NCBI GenBank assembly: GCA_963675665.1
Contig: OY776510.1
Location: 64,001-128,000, forward strand
Reading direction: 5' to 3'
Source of the DNA: Spirochaetia bacterium
GTDB lineage: Bacteria; Spirochaetota; Spirochaetia; UBA9216
DNA length: 64,000 nt
In this document: positions 18,454-32,544 of the stretch, piece after piece
How positions within the stretch are numbered: the first letter of the stretch is position 1
Layout: each line of letters starts with the position of its first letter
Translations under genes and position numbers: made by a program
The notes under the pieces: model-generated
Database searches by the model: none
Told to the model about the DNA's origin: nothing
The model's input: only the letters and a program-made list of their open reading frames with translations

Positions 18454-18794
18454 TTTTCGATTATACAGATTACCGATATTTTATACGGCCCGGCAAAACG
18501 GATTTAAGAAAAGGGGTAAACGGATTGAGCCTTCAGATTCAGAACGTAATGCATAATGACCCGTTTTCGAAAAGTTTGTTTCTGTTCTGTAACGGCCAAC
18601 AAAAACTTTTGAAAATTGTCTACTGGGATCGAAACGGATTCTGCCTATGGCAGAAACGGTTGGAGAAGAACAAGTTTCCCTGGCCTGAAACAGAAGAAGA
18701 GGCCAGAGAAATCAGATTCGAGGAACTTAAGATGCTGCTGGACGGGATAGATTTCTTCAACGCGCATAAAGAATTATCATATTCCCGCGTTTAA
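18450..18794 (+). CDS. tnpB: IS66 accessory protein TnpB
   Basis: DLRKGVNGL, LFLFCN and YWDRNGFCLWQKRLEKNKFPWP. Confidence 0.93.
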   Translation: MIFDYTDYRYFIRPGKTDLRKGVNGLSLQIQNVMHNDPFSKSLFLFCNGQQKLLKIVYWDRNGFCLWQKRLEKNKFPWPETEEEAREIRFEELKMLLDGIDFFNAHKELSYSRV

Positions 18795-18832
18795 TGCTTC
18801 ACACCGGAATTTAATCATGTTAAAATTTATTT

Positions 18833-20365
18833 ATGAACAGCCAGGCTTTGCTTGAAGAGAATGAGAAATTAAAAATAAAAATTGCCCGATTAGAAGAGCA
18901 GGTCCAGCTTTTGCAATCTCTTCATTTCGGAACAAAATCAGAGAAGCTCACGAATGAAGATAAAAAACAGGCGTCACTTTTCAACGAGGCAGAGGATACG
19001 GCATTTGAGCAGAACGAAGAAATAGAAACTGAGACCCGTGAAGTAAAAGCTCACACGAAAACTGTTCGTAAGGGTGTCGGTAGAAAAGCTCTGTCAGAAG
19101 ATCTTCCCCGAGAAATTATTGAATACGATATTGATGAGGAAGATAAAACATGCGCTTGCGGAACTGAGAAGATTTGTATTGGTGAAGATGTCTCCGAACG
19201 GCTATGCATAGTTCCTGCGAAAGTAGTAGTCAGGCGTGAGATAAAGAAAAAATATGTTTGCAGAAATTGTGAAGGAACCACCGATGAAACTTCGGGGGTG
19301 CAGACTGCTGAAGGGATTAAACATCTGATCGCCGGGAGCATTGCCGATGAAAGCCTTCTCGCGTGGATCATAAATGAGAAGTTTGAATATGCTCTCCCGT
19401 TCTACCGTCAGAGCAAGAGACTGAATACAATTGGTGCAGATATTCCAAGGGCAACACTGAGCACATTGGCAATAAAGTGCGCTGATAAATGCAGACCGAT
19501 TTATGAGTTGCTTAAAGATAATATTAAAAACGGGCCGATAATAAATGCCGATGAAACCCGGGTACAGGTTTTGAAAGAAAAAGGTCGCAAAGCACAGGAT
19601 AAATCCTGGATGTGGGTCTTTCTTGGCGGAAAACCTGATAAAAAATCGGTAGTGTTTCAGTATGAAACAGGCCGTTCTCATGAAATACCGTATGATTTTC
19701 TGCAAGGTTATACCGGTTGGTTGCAGACTGATGATTATGAGGCCTATCACACTGCTTTGAAAAGGCTGCGAAAAGATGGACATGATGGACCTCGTCATGT
19801 TTTATGTTGGGCGCATGCCAGAAGGTATTTTTATAAATACTGGGAGATGTCTAAATCTCCGGAAGTAAAACATATACTTGAATTGATTAAAGACCTGTTC
19901 GAGCTTGAAGCCCTGCGCGAGCAATATTCCAAAAAAGGCTTTCAGAAGCATCGAGCCAACCAGGCCGGATCTATCCTTGATTCTTTATTCAAACAGCTTA
20001 CTAAACATGCAGCAGGGACTCCGCCTACAATGGCTTTCGGGAAGGCGATATCATACACGCTTGATAACTGGGTTCAGTTAAAGTTATACCTGGAAGATCC
20101 GCTGCTTACTCCGTCGAACAACATTGCTGAAAATGCAATCCGGCCGTTTGTAATCGGACGGAAGAACTGGTTGTTTTCCGACACCGAACATGGAGCCGAA
20201 TCTTCGGCGGTACTCTACAGTCTTGTTGAATCTGCTAAATTGCAGAAGCTATCGGTCTATGATTACTTCTACTATGTTTTTCGCAAGTTACCGTACTGTG
20301 AAGAACCCGCAGATTATGAAAAACTGCTACCGTTCAACCTGACCGCTGAACAGATAAAGTCATAG
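18833..20365 (+). CDS. tnpC: IS66 DDE transposase
   Basis: FGTKSEK, CACG/CRNC, LPFYRQ, ADET, LQTDDY, CWAHARR and SNNIAENAIRPFVIGRKNWLF. Confidence 0.95.
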   Translation: MNSQALLEENEKLKIKIARLEEQVQLLQSLHFGTKSEKLTNEDKKQASLFNEAEDTAFEQNEEIETETREVKAHTKTVRKGVGRKALSEDLPREIIEYDIDEEDKTCACGTEKICIGEDVSERLCIVPAKVVVRREIKKKYVCRNCEGTTDETSGVQTAEGIKHLIAGSIADESLLAWIINEKFEYALPFYRQSKRLNTIGADIPRATLSTLAIKCADKCRPIYELLKDNIKNGPIINADETRVQVLKEKGRKAQDKSWMWVFLGGKPDKKSVVFQYETGRSHEIPYDFLQGYTGWLQTDDYEAYHTALKRLRKDGHDGPRHVLCWAHARRYFYKYWEMSKSPEVKHILELIKDLFELEALREQYSKKGFQKHRANQAGSILDSLFKQLTKHAAGTPPTMAFGKAISYTLDNWVQLKLYLEDPLLTPSNNIAENAIRPFVIGRKNWLFSDTEHGAESSAVLYSLVESAKLQKLSVYDYFYYVFRKLPYCEEPADYEKLLPFNLTAEQIKS

Positions 20366-20686
20366 GGGAAGAATTACCGCTTACATTTCAAATATTAAAG
20401 TTATCTCTGAAGTTAACCTCCGTTTAACTTCCAAGAGCTTTCTTAGACTATATTTTTATTAATTCAGACTTTGTAAGTCTGAATTAATAAAAAAAGCCTG
20501 GCTGACGATGGAGATAACTGCAAGCCGCTGTTAATCTCTATCTGTCTTCCAAGCTCTCTCACTGCAGAGAACTTTTTTCAAACATAAAAGTTATCTCTGA
20601 AGTAAAACTACGTTTTACTTCAAGCTCTTTCTTAGGTCTAATATTTTATCTTTCCAGGGCCTGCAGCCCTGTAAAGATAAAAAAAA

Positions 20687-20796
<110 letters not shown>

Positions 20797-20921
20797 TAAT
20801 TATTCATAATTATATCTAACAGGGATAGAAACCGAACTCGACAGGTTGCATTTTCAAGGAGTTTTCTTAAACTCACGCAGCCTATTGGTTCAATTCCTTG
20901 AGAATTGATTAAGGGGAAATA

Positions 20922-23914
<2,993 letters not shown>

Positions 23915-24094
23915 ATATTACCTCTTAACCCTTCCCTGTACTTTTCATCTCCCTGTTACGGACGAAAAGTAATTAAAATGCCTTACCTAAAAAGCACTTC
24001 TTTTATATAAAAGAACTAATCTCTCAATGGAGATAATTTTGTGAAGTTTTCTATGAAAACTTCGAATTGATTTTCACGAAGTGGAAATCAATAA

Positions 24095-24168
24095 TGGAGG
24101 TATGGGGACTCGAACCCCAGACCTATGGCTTGCAAAGCCACCGCTCTAGCCAACTGAGCTATACCCCC
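24095..24168 (-). tRNA. tRNA-Ala(TGC) in the 16S-23S spacer
   Basis: GGGGGTATAGCTCAGTTGGCTAGAGCGGTGGCTT-TGC-AAGCCATAGGTCTGGGGTTCGAGTCCCCATACCTCCA, with the G3:U70 pair. Confidence 0.96.
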
Positions 24169-24454
24169 GGGAGAAAATCATAGATTTTCTCTAAAGTTTG
24201 GCTTCGCCAAACTTCCACCGAGCAAACCCTGTTGACTTTCTTTTAGAAGCAACTTTACAGTTACCTAAAAGAAACCTGACCCTTAAGGAAAGATTTCTTT
24301 TACATAATAAAAAAGGAAGAAGAGAGAGCGGAGAAACGGCAATCCGTTTCTCTGAAGTTTGACTTCGCCAAACTTCACCATGTTTGTCATACCCATACGG
24401 GCACTTAATCCGGAAATTAGCAGCTGTGCTGACCACTTTCCGTTCCTTTCTCAC

Positions 24455-25992
<1,538 letters not shown>

Positions 25993-26170
25993 ATATAGTC
26001 TAGCTAACCCTAAGATTAGCCAGTTTTATCCTAACAATTATTGAATCAGCAAGCTGATTCAATTTGAAGTTTCTTTCGAAACTTCAGACGGGTCATACAG
26101 TATTCTGCATATCTCAGCAGACTCACTGCAATCACCCAAACACAGGCTCTCTCCATCCCTATTTAATTTA

Positions 26171-26178
26171 AAAGAACA
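26171..26178 (-). promoter_or_regulatory. rrn boxA antitermination element
   Basis: TGTTCTTT on the minus strand about 180 nt upstream of the 16S. Confidence 0.6.
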
Positions 26179-26508
26179 TGATTGAAAAATCCTCGCTGCG
26201 CTCGTCTTTTTCAATTCGGAGTTTGAAACTTCGTTTCAAACGTCCAAGGTGTAAATGCTTTGCATTTACTCTGGAGTTTCGCTTCGCGAAACATCCACAG
26301 AACTAATTCCCTTTGAGAATCAGTCCGTTATATCTACAAACCCTTTCGGGCCGGCATTCATTCTTGCTGACTCTTTTTATCGGAGTCAGTTATTAAACCC
26401 TTTAGGGTTTATTTTTCAGTTAACCCCAAGCTATGCAAGGAATTATCAGCCGCTCTGCAGTGCAAAACCTTGACACTGAAGCCGCAGCTTCCATAATCGC
26501 GGAGGTAA

Positions 26509-26537
26509 ATACTATCAATTACCTCAATTTATGTCAA
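26509..26537 (-). promoter_or_regulatory. rrn sigma70 promoter (proximal)
   Basis: TTGACA-17 bp-TAGTAT followed by a GC-rich discriminator (CCTCCGC). Confidence 0.75.
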
Positions 26538-26628
26538 TAACCAAAGCTGCATTTCATCCTTTTTCAAAACCCGTTGCAGCCGGCTGCTTAACGAACACAC
26601 AAAAAGGCTATCCTTTTAATGCGGAGGC

Positions 26629-26657
26629 AAAATACCAATTACCGTTAATATTGTCAA
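26629..26657 (-). promoter_or_regulatory. rrn sigma70 promoter (middle)
   Basis: TTGACA-17 bp-TATTTT followed by GCCTCCGC. Confidence 0.7.
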
Positions 26658-26731
26658 GAAGTGAAACAGCATTTTAGCCAAGCTCTTCCGAGTTGCTGAT
26701 AAGCAGTTCGTCTCGTTGACGTGTGATGATG

Positions 26732-26760
26732 AATATATAGAAATCGACCATCAGTGTCAA
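26732..26760 (-). promoter_or_regulatory. rrn sigma70 promoter (distal)
   Basis: TTGACA-17 bp-TATATT. Confidence 0.65.
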
Positions 26761-26918
26761 CAGAAACCGAAAAAATCTTATGGAAATTCCGGGAATTTCG
26801 AAGTTTTTTTATAGTCTGAATTAATGCTTGAAAACCGGATTGGTTTTTTAAAAAAGATACTAAAGGCTACACTTATTAACACCGATAATGGACGGTTTAA
26901 CTATTCAATCTGCTATAT

Positions 26919-27434
26919 TCAGCTCTTATTCCATTTCAGAAAGATGTCGAAGATAAGGACGCTCCAGGTAAATGAGAAAGCCTTGCTGTCAAAATTATAG
27001 AATGAGCCGACAGTAAAGATCCGGTCACGGTACCCGTTATAGCCGTTGCCTATTGCCAGCGGAGACAATCTGACCCCGATCATCCTGTTATGCTGAACAG
27101 CTCCGGTATTAAATCTGAGTCCGTAAAGGAAATCCAGCTGCGCATACATGTTAAAATACGTCAAACCCCGGGTGCCGAGCAGAGAACCTCCGAGACCTCC
27201 GCCGAAAAACACACTGCTGAACGGATCCGGGGCGGCTTCAGCTACAACAAAAACCTCCGATTCAAGGTATTCATTCCATCCGATATTCAATCCTGTATAA
27301 GGATATAATCCGTCAGAAACAGCTGTGTCGCTTGAGAGAAAAGACCAGGGCCCGAACGACATGGATAAATCAAGACCGAATGCAGCCGACACCGATAAAA
27401 AAAGAATCAGAAAAAATATAATAACCTTCTTCAT
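26919..27434 (-). CDS. Exported hypothetical protein, aromatic/beta-strand rich
   Basis: Signal peptide MKKVIIFFLILFLSVSAAFG; tightly spaced with the upstream genes. Confidence 0.65.
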   Translation of the reverse strand: MKKVIIFFLILFLSVSAAFGLDLSMSFGPWSFLSSDTAVSDGLYPYTGLNIGWNEYLESEVFVVAEAAPDPFSSVFFGGGLGGSLLGTRGLTYFNMYAQLDFLYGLRFNTGAVQHNRMIGVRLSPLAIGNGYNGYRDRIFTVGSFYNFDSKAFSFTWSVLIFDIFLKWNKS

Positions 27435-27443
27435 ATAACACCT

Positions 27444-27983
27444 TTAAAAAAGAAACAATCTGAAATCAAAAAGCCTGACACCCCAACCGGCATAGTTTAA
27501 GCCGACGTCGGTAATATAGGCCGCTGACATCACACTGAATCTTCCCGAACCCGTTTTCAGTCTGAAAGGAGAGAATACTGCCGACCAGTAAAGCGCTTCC
27601 GTATTCAGACTATCAAAAGGAAGCAGTGCTCGCATACTCAGAAGCGGACACCAACTGTTTTCAAGATCAATTATACCTGAAAAAGGATGTTTCCTTATAT
27701 TGAATAACTCAACGCCAATTTCGGCTGTCAATAATCCGGAGGCAAAATCAAGCGGGACTGCGGGAACTACTGCTCCGACCGACAGCGAGGGTGTTAAAAA
27801 GGGGAAGGTCCAGGGCTCTGCGAAGAGATTAAGCCCGACATACTCGGCATCATCATAAATCTGATCCGATATAAAACCTTCAGAACTTATGGAAAATCCG
27901 GCTATCCATCCGCTTGTTTCAGCAAAACCCGCAACTGTAACTATAAATAAAAGACAAAGTACAAGAAAAACAAGGTTCCTCAT
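27444..27983 (-). CDS. Exported hypothetical protein, possible outer-membrane beta protein
   Basis: Signal peptide, amphipathic strands and a terminal Phe (FRLFLF). Confidence 0.65.
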   Translation of the reverse strand: MRNLVFLVLCLLFIVTVAGFAETSGWIAGFSISSEGFISDQIYDDAEYVGLNLFAEPWTFPFLTPSLSVGAVVPAVPLDFASGLLTAEIGVELFNIRKHPFSGIIDLENSWCPLLSMRALLPFDSLNTEALYWSAVFSPFRLKTGSGRFSVMSAAYITDVGLNYAGWGVRLFDFRLFLF

Positions 27984-27984
27984 C

Positions 27985-29256
27985 CTACCCCCAGAACTGC
28001 ATAAGGATGTAATTCATCAGGTATTCAAAACCCTGATATGTTTCAGCTTCTTCATAAGAAATCTCCCTGCAACTTTCCAGAAGTTTCTCAAGATCATTCT
28101 GCACCTTGTCAAGTGTTGCAGGATCGTCAATAACAACGGAAAGTTCGCGTGACGTCGTCTGAGATCTGAAATTGTAGTTTGCCGAACCGATTGAAGCCAG
28201 TTTGCCGTCGGCAAGCATAAGCTTGTAATGGAGCAATGAGCCCGTCGGTGAATCATGAAAATATACCGTTGCGCCTGCTTTGAGAAGCGATTTTACGGAA
28301 TAATGTGATGCCCTGTCAAACCTGGTGCCTATATGATTATCGGATATGATGAAATTCACTTTTACACCCCGATCTACGGCATACTCGATCTTGTCCAGCA
28401 GCGACGGGGTTACATACGTATAGCATTGAACCATCCACAGCTCTTCTTCCGCAAAAGTAAAAAAACCGTCGAACATTTTTGTCACTTTTTCTCCGCCTGA
28501 AGGCCCCTGGTTAAAAACGAGGATATTATATTTATCCGCCTCTGAACGGTTTTGAAAATCTTCCTTGTGTATTTTGTCTATTGCATACCGGTTCCAGCTT
28601 TGAATAAAGGAGTCTGTCATCTCATTCGTAAAACCTGGGGACTCAACCTCTATCATCGCATCGATTAAGCCGCCCTCCTCCGGAAACCGAAGATTGTCAT
28701 AATCAATATTCTGGCCGCCGCATACTACAACTTTTCCGTCAACGATCCAGAATTTCCGGTGGTCCCTGTCAAAAAGTTTCAGCAAAGTCGGAACTCGCCG
28801 TCCCCTTATAGGATTGTATTCCGTATATGGAAGCTCTAATTCTTCAACGTATGGGATTGCGGCCCTGATCGGAACCGGAGTATTCGGATACGCCCTGTAA
28901 TATGAAGCACTGTCGAATAGCAGATAAACCCTTACACCTTCATCCTGCTTGCGTTTAAGTGCGTCAAAGACATCCCGGGCATGCTGATGCTCGGTTGTAA
29001 GAAATGAATGAATCAGAATATAGTCTTCAGCATTCTCGATCAGTTCCAGGCTTCGTTCATACCATTGTTTGCCGTTAAAATACAGATCAGCGGTTTCTCC
29101 GGGATACGAGGGGATGTTCTTTGCGGCAAAAAATGCCGAAGCATCGGGATAATCTTCTTCTATCCGCTCCAGCTTTCCGTAACTTGCACAGCCGGAAACA
29201 ATAAAAATCAGGACAAGAATAAGAATTGTTGAATGAAAAAGATTATTTTGTTTCAT
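27985..29256 (-). CDS. Phospholipase D / cardiolipin synthase-family lipoprotein
   Basis: Two HKD motifs (HRKFWIVD..GGQN and HYKLMLAD..GSAN) and lipobox VSG-C. Confidence 0.88.
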   Translation of the reverse strand: MKQNNLFHSTILILVLIFIVSGCASYGKLERIEEDYPDASAFFAAKNIPSYPGETADLYFNGKQWYERSLELIENAEDYILIHSFLTTEHQHARDVFDALKRKQDEGVRVYLLFDSASYYRAYPNTPVPIRAAIPYVEELELPYTEYNPIRGRRVPTLLKLFDRDHRKFWIVDGKVVVCGGQNIDYDNLRFPEEGGLIDAMIEVESPGFTNEMTDSFIQSWNRYAIDKIHKEDFQNRSEADKYNILVFNQGPSGGEKVTKMFDGFFTFAEEELWMVQCYTYVTPSLLDKIEYAVDRGVKVNFIISDNHIGTRFDRASHYSVKSLLKAGATVYFHDSPTGSLLHYKLMLADGKLASIGSANYNFRSQTTSRELSVVIDDPATLDKVQNDLEKLLESCREISYEEAETYQGFEYLMNYILMQFWG

Positions 29257-29378
29257 AATTATTTATCCATAAGCATTCTACCAGCATTCTATTAAAAATG
29301 CGAGAAAAACCGGCCTTAACTTTATACTGTTAATATTCTGAAGAATATAGAAAAAAGGAGTAAAATTCAGGAGTTCTT

Positions 29379-30956
29379 CTATTTAAAAATCCTGGTGCCT
29401 ATAAGATTACTGTAAAATTGATCAGTAAACAGCCTGCTTATGGGCCCTTCAGCCGCATGCGGAATAAAGGTTATTTCAGCTATACATGTATCCTGCCATT
29501 TTGATCCCTGATAAACATCTTTTATTATAAATAGATAGGTTCCGGGGTTAAGATCAACTGCAAAAAAAGCCTGCGGATCACGCTTGTCTTCAAGATCCAG
29601 AACAGCTGAAAAACTTCCGTCTTTATTTCGAATCTCCAGGCTTTTCACCCGGCTGTTCATTGTAAAATAATCTTTAAGACCGTTCTTCGGATCTTCAACC
29701 ACCCTTTCAAATGCGCCGGAATCAAAAACCCAGTCATCAACAGTAAACCTCTTAAACCCGTTGCGTACAATCACTCCTGAAACCGGTTCCATAATTGAAA
29801 CCTCAAGATACTCACCTTCACCGTAACCTTCAGCATTCTCGCACCACGAGGTTTCCGGCATACCGTCGAAAGCTGCGTTCGGGCCGAAAGAAGCCGATTC
29901 TATTACCCCGTTATCGGAAAAGACACTGACATGATCTTCGAGAAATGATGAGGATTTCACTTTCTTTACAAAATCCTGAACGGGCTCTTTGGCATCGGGA
30001 AAAGACAGATTCCTTTCCATCCACCAGCGCTTTTGTTCCGGGAAATAATCATAAAATTCATATTCCTTCATCAACCCTACGGGTCTGCAGGTCAAATTAA
30101 ACATTTCATCGATATCCGGTTCATATCCGGCGGCATAATAAACATCAACTCCGCCCGGCAGCCTTTTGCCGACTCGGCTCATACCCGAAGGCTCGCCTTC
30201 CCAGCATATCGGTTTTACAAAATAGAATTCACCTATCGGACCTTTCCATGTCCGCCCTGTACCGATTAGATAATTCCATTTATATACGTCGGCAGCAGCC
30301 CCCCCGTCGTTTCCACAAAGAAGGTCCTGTGTATACCTTACAGAAACCGAGCTGGTTCCGCCTGCCGGGAAATTCAGCCTATGCTTGAAATGAAATGTCA
30401 GACCGGCATACACTTCATTCACTTCGCGTTCCAGAAGAATATCTTCAACAGCCAGAGAAATCCCGTCCTGTTTTATTGAGAAATCAAGTCCGGTGTTACC
30501 GGGGATATCAGGGCCGAGAAAATTCCTGCTCTGGTTAAACTTATTCAACGGTATTACTTCATAATAAACAAACATGGGTTCATCATCCGTCCATTCCGGA
30601 TGCTTAACGGTCTCAAAAAACCGGAGGCCCGGTATGCCGTCTCCGCCGTATTTCGACATCTGAATTTCTGCATACCCGTCGCTGAGCCATACATCTATAC
30701 GGTTAACTACAGGAAATCCGCAAACCATCTCGATGTCTCTGTCGGTAGTATTCCTGAACAGAAAATGAGCTTCGGTATATTCCCCATTAAATATTAAAAG
30801 CTCTTTTTCCAATACGATATCGGAGCTTTCTTCCTCTGAATAAACGCTCCCGCCTGAAATACTGAAAGAGTTGCTCCAGCTGCCGTCATCTGCCGTCAGT
30901 TCAAACGAGACAAGCAATACCATGATTACAATCAGGATAAATATTCTTTTTAACAT
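29379..30956 (-). CDS. Exported protein: DUF4424-like N-domain and C-terminal NADase-type glycan-binding-like domain
   Basis: Signal peptide; F.F.N.T...GFP and YLIGTG.TWKGPI; C-terminal AFDG..ETSWCE...GEGE, NSRVK and DVYQGSKWQDTCIAEI. Confidence 0.55.
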   Translation of the reverse strand: MLKRIFILIVIMVLLVSFELTADDGSWSNSFSISGGSVYSEEESSDIVLEKELLIFNGEYTEAHFLFRNTTDRDIEMVCGFPVVNRIDVWLSDGYAEIQMSKYGGDGIPGLRFFETVKHPEWTDDEPMFVYYEVIPLNKFNQSRNFLGPDIPGNTGLDFSIKQDGISLAVEDILLEREVNEVYAGLTFHFKHRLNFPAGGTSSVSVRYTQDLLCGNDGGAAADVYKWNYLIGTGRTWKGPIGEFYFVKPICWEGEPSGMSRVGKRLPGGVDVYYAAGYEPDIDEMFNLTCRPVGLMKEYEFYDYFPEQKRWWMERNLSFPDAKEPVQDFVKKVKSSSFLEDHVSVFSDNGVIESASFGPNAAFDGMPETSWCENAEGYGEGEYLEVSIMEPVSGVIVRNGFKRFTVDDWVFDSGAFERVVEDPKNGLKDYFTMNSRVKSLEIRNKDGSFSAVLDLEDKRDPQAFFAVDLNPGTYLFIIKDVYQGSKWQDTCIAEITFIPHAAEGPISRLFTDQFYSNLIGTRIFK

Positions 30957-31085
30957 TTAAGCCTCCGTTACCGTGAAGTTTACCTTGTAAACTTCTTAAC
31001 CATAAACATAGTTTTTGGTTGAATTGAGGATTTATTCATTATAACCCTTTTTTAAGCCCCGGTGGCCGATATTTTTTTCTTATCG

Positions 31086-32291
31086 TGGGATCTGAAAAGT
31101 GATGGTTCCCCCCCCTGTTGCAATGATGAAATCAGGCAGCAAGGATTTTGAATGTATCTTTGTATTTTTTATACATAGTGTCAATTCGTATAGGTTTCAA
31201 AATCATTATACTTGAATCATATTTGACCTGTGCCTGCCGCATAATTTGAAGAGGTGTTCCATTCTTGTATGAATTGTTTCGTTCGCAATTATACCAGCGC
31301 TGATATTTAGCCGCCTTTCGGAAGAATTGGAAGCGTGTTGGAAACTCTTCAAATGCATAAAACTCGTCCTCAATCAACCTGTGAGAAGTTTCAACATCAC
31401 TCTGCCACGTTTTAGCCCCAGGAGGTATGGTTCTATGCTCAGACTTCCAAATCTGTTCAATTGCCTTTGTAAATACACACTTATTAAGACTGTTCCAGGT
31501 TGAGGCAAATTCTGTACCGTTATCGGTCTGTATTGTTACTGTTTTCAAATCAACCCCATGTTCCTGAAGATGCTCTCCAAGCCTCAACAGAAACATCGTA
31601 GTGGCTGTTGATGTTTTTTGTTCAGCATACGCATAGAATAAGGCCCCTGTACGAACACATCGGGCTGTAATCTGGTATTTTGGAAGTCTGAAAACCCTAT
31701 ATGCGGTATAGAACTCAGGAATATCATCAAGATACTTGATATCGACCTGAATCTTCTCAAACGGTTTCAGCATCTTTTTTAGTTCTCTGAGGTCGCGTTT
31801 CCGTTGATATTTCCGCTGTTTCTGGGGGAGGAAGCCTGATTCATGCATTATTTTCAATATGGTTTTTGTTGAATAAGGGATATTGTATTTGCGTTTGATA
31901 AGAACTGTGTTTATTCGCTTTCTTCGTTTCTTTGCTGTTTCACAAATATCAAGTATCTTGAATCGCCAGAATGGCATGATTTCATTTGGCGAATGGTGAG
32001 GACGTCTTGAGCTATCTCGTAACGCAGGGCGTTTACCTTCTTCATATCGTCTACGCCATTTTCTAACTGTCTTTACGCTGGTTTGGAACTTTCGTGCTGC
32101 AGGCTTGTTTCCATGCTTGATGGCATATTTTACTAATTCTGCTCTATGCGGCACAGGGTCTTTACTGTTTTTGATAAGTTGGTAGTATGTATACATGGTT
32201 CCTTCCTTGGGTTGGTTTTTTGTGGAACCCTATGCTGCCTGATTTCGTTGACTTTGGGCAACAGGGGGGAACCATGTTTCTTCTCCGGCCA
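31086..32291 (-). mobile_element. IS481-like insertion sequence (1206 bp) with a 15-bp direct repeat
   Basis: TGG...CCA termini. IR core ATGGTTCCCCCC..TGTTGC and GAAATCAGGCAGCA start 16 bp inside each end. Flanking DR ATTTTTTTCTTATCG at 31071-31085 and 32292-32306. Confidence 0.85.
31132..32196 (-). CDS. IS481-like DDE (rve integrase-core) transposase
   Basis: HTH (AARKF..S.KTVRKW.RRY), SRRPHHSP, QVDIKY, QTDNGTEF, VETSHR..EDEFY and WYN..R. Confidence 0.88.
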   Translation of the reverse strand: MYTYYQLIKNSKDPVPHRAELVKYAIKHGNKPAARKFQTSVKTVRKWRRRYEEGKRPALRDSSRRPHHSPNEIMPFWRFKILDICETAKKRRKRINTVLIKRKYNIPYSTKTILKIMHESGFLPQKQRKYQRKRDLRELKKMLKPFEKIQVDIKYLDDIPEFYTAYRVFRLPKYQITARCVRTGALFYAYAEQKTSTATTMFLLRLGEHLQEHGVDLKTVTIQTDNGTEFASTWNSLNKCVFTKAIEQIWKSEHRTIPPGAKTWQSDVETSHRLIEDEFYAFEEFPTRFQFFRKAAKYQRWYNCERNNSYKNGTPLQIMRQAQVKYDSSIMILKPIRIDTMYKKYKDTFKILAA

Positions 32292-32310
32292 ATTTTTTTC
32301 TTATCGCCCC

Positions 32311-32339
32311 TTGACCGATAAGAAAAACAGGGGTATTGT
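32311..32339 (+). promoter_or_regulatory. sigma70 promoter of the ilv leader
   Basis: TTGACC-17 bp-TATTGT; the predicted +1 falls at about the leader ATG (32346). Confidence 0.65.
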
Positions 32340-32345
32340 TACTAT

Positions 32346-32465
32346 ATGAAGAATCCGGCATCTGTGCTTGTCAGCGCAGTCGTCAATATCCTTAATATCC
32401 TCGTCGAAGTCGCAGTGGTGGTCGCTGTCGTCGTCGTGGACAGGAGACGTTTTGTAGCCGGATAA
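32346..32465 (+). CDS. ilvBN attenuator leader peptide (39 aa), not in the ORF track
   Basis: MKNPASVLVSAVVNILNILVEVAVVVAVVVVDRRRFVAG*: 14 Val, 3 Leu and 2 Ile, immediately upstream of a terminator and ilvB. Confidence 0.85.
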   Translation: MKNPASVLVSAVVNILNILVEVAVVVAVVVVDRRRFVAG

Positions 32466-32491
32466 CCTGGTTTTGTATTTTTAGCAAATAC

Positions 32492-32527
32492 GGCCTGTTG
32501 ACGGTTACAGTCAGCAGGCCTTTTTTT
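32492..32527 (+). terminator. Attenuator terminator of ilvBN
   Basis: GGCCTGTTGAC-GGTTACA-GTCAGCAGGCC followed by T7. The 5' arm can pair instead with GTGGACAGG...CGTTTTG in the leader (antiterminator). Confidence 0.85.
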
Positions 32528-32544
32528 ATGGGGGAATGCAGTAA

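Larger units (their letters stand above)
18080..20384 (+). mobile_element. IS66-family element 2 (2305 bp) with 8-bp target duplication
   Basis: IRs GTAAGCGGTAATTCTT at both ends; direct repeat ATTTCAAA at 18072-18079 and 20385-20392; intact tnpABC. Confidence 0.95.

Noticed and set aside
15498-20384. Two adjacent IS66 elements as a composite transposon
   Set aside because: They have different IRs and divergent transposases, element 2 has its own 8-bp duplication, and the ~270 bp between them carries no evident cargo.
32340-32530. T-box riboswitch upstream of ilvB
   Set aside because: No T-box consensus (AAGGTGGNACCGCG-like) is seen before the terminator; the leader peptide explains the region.
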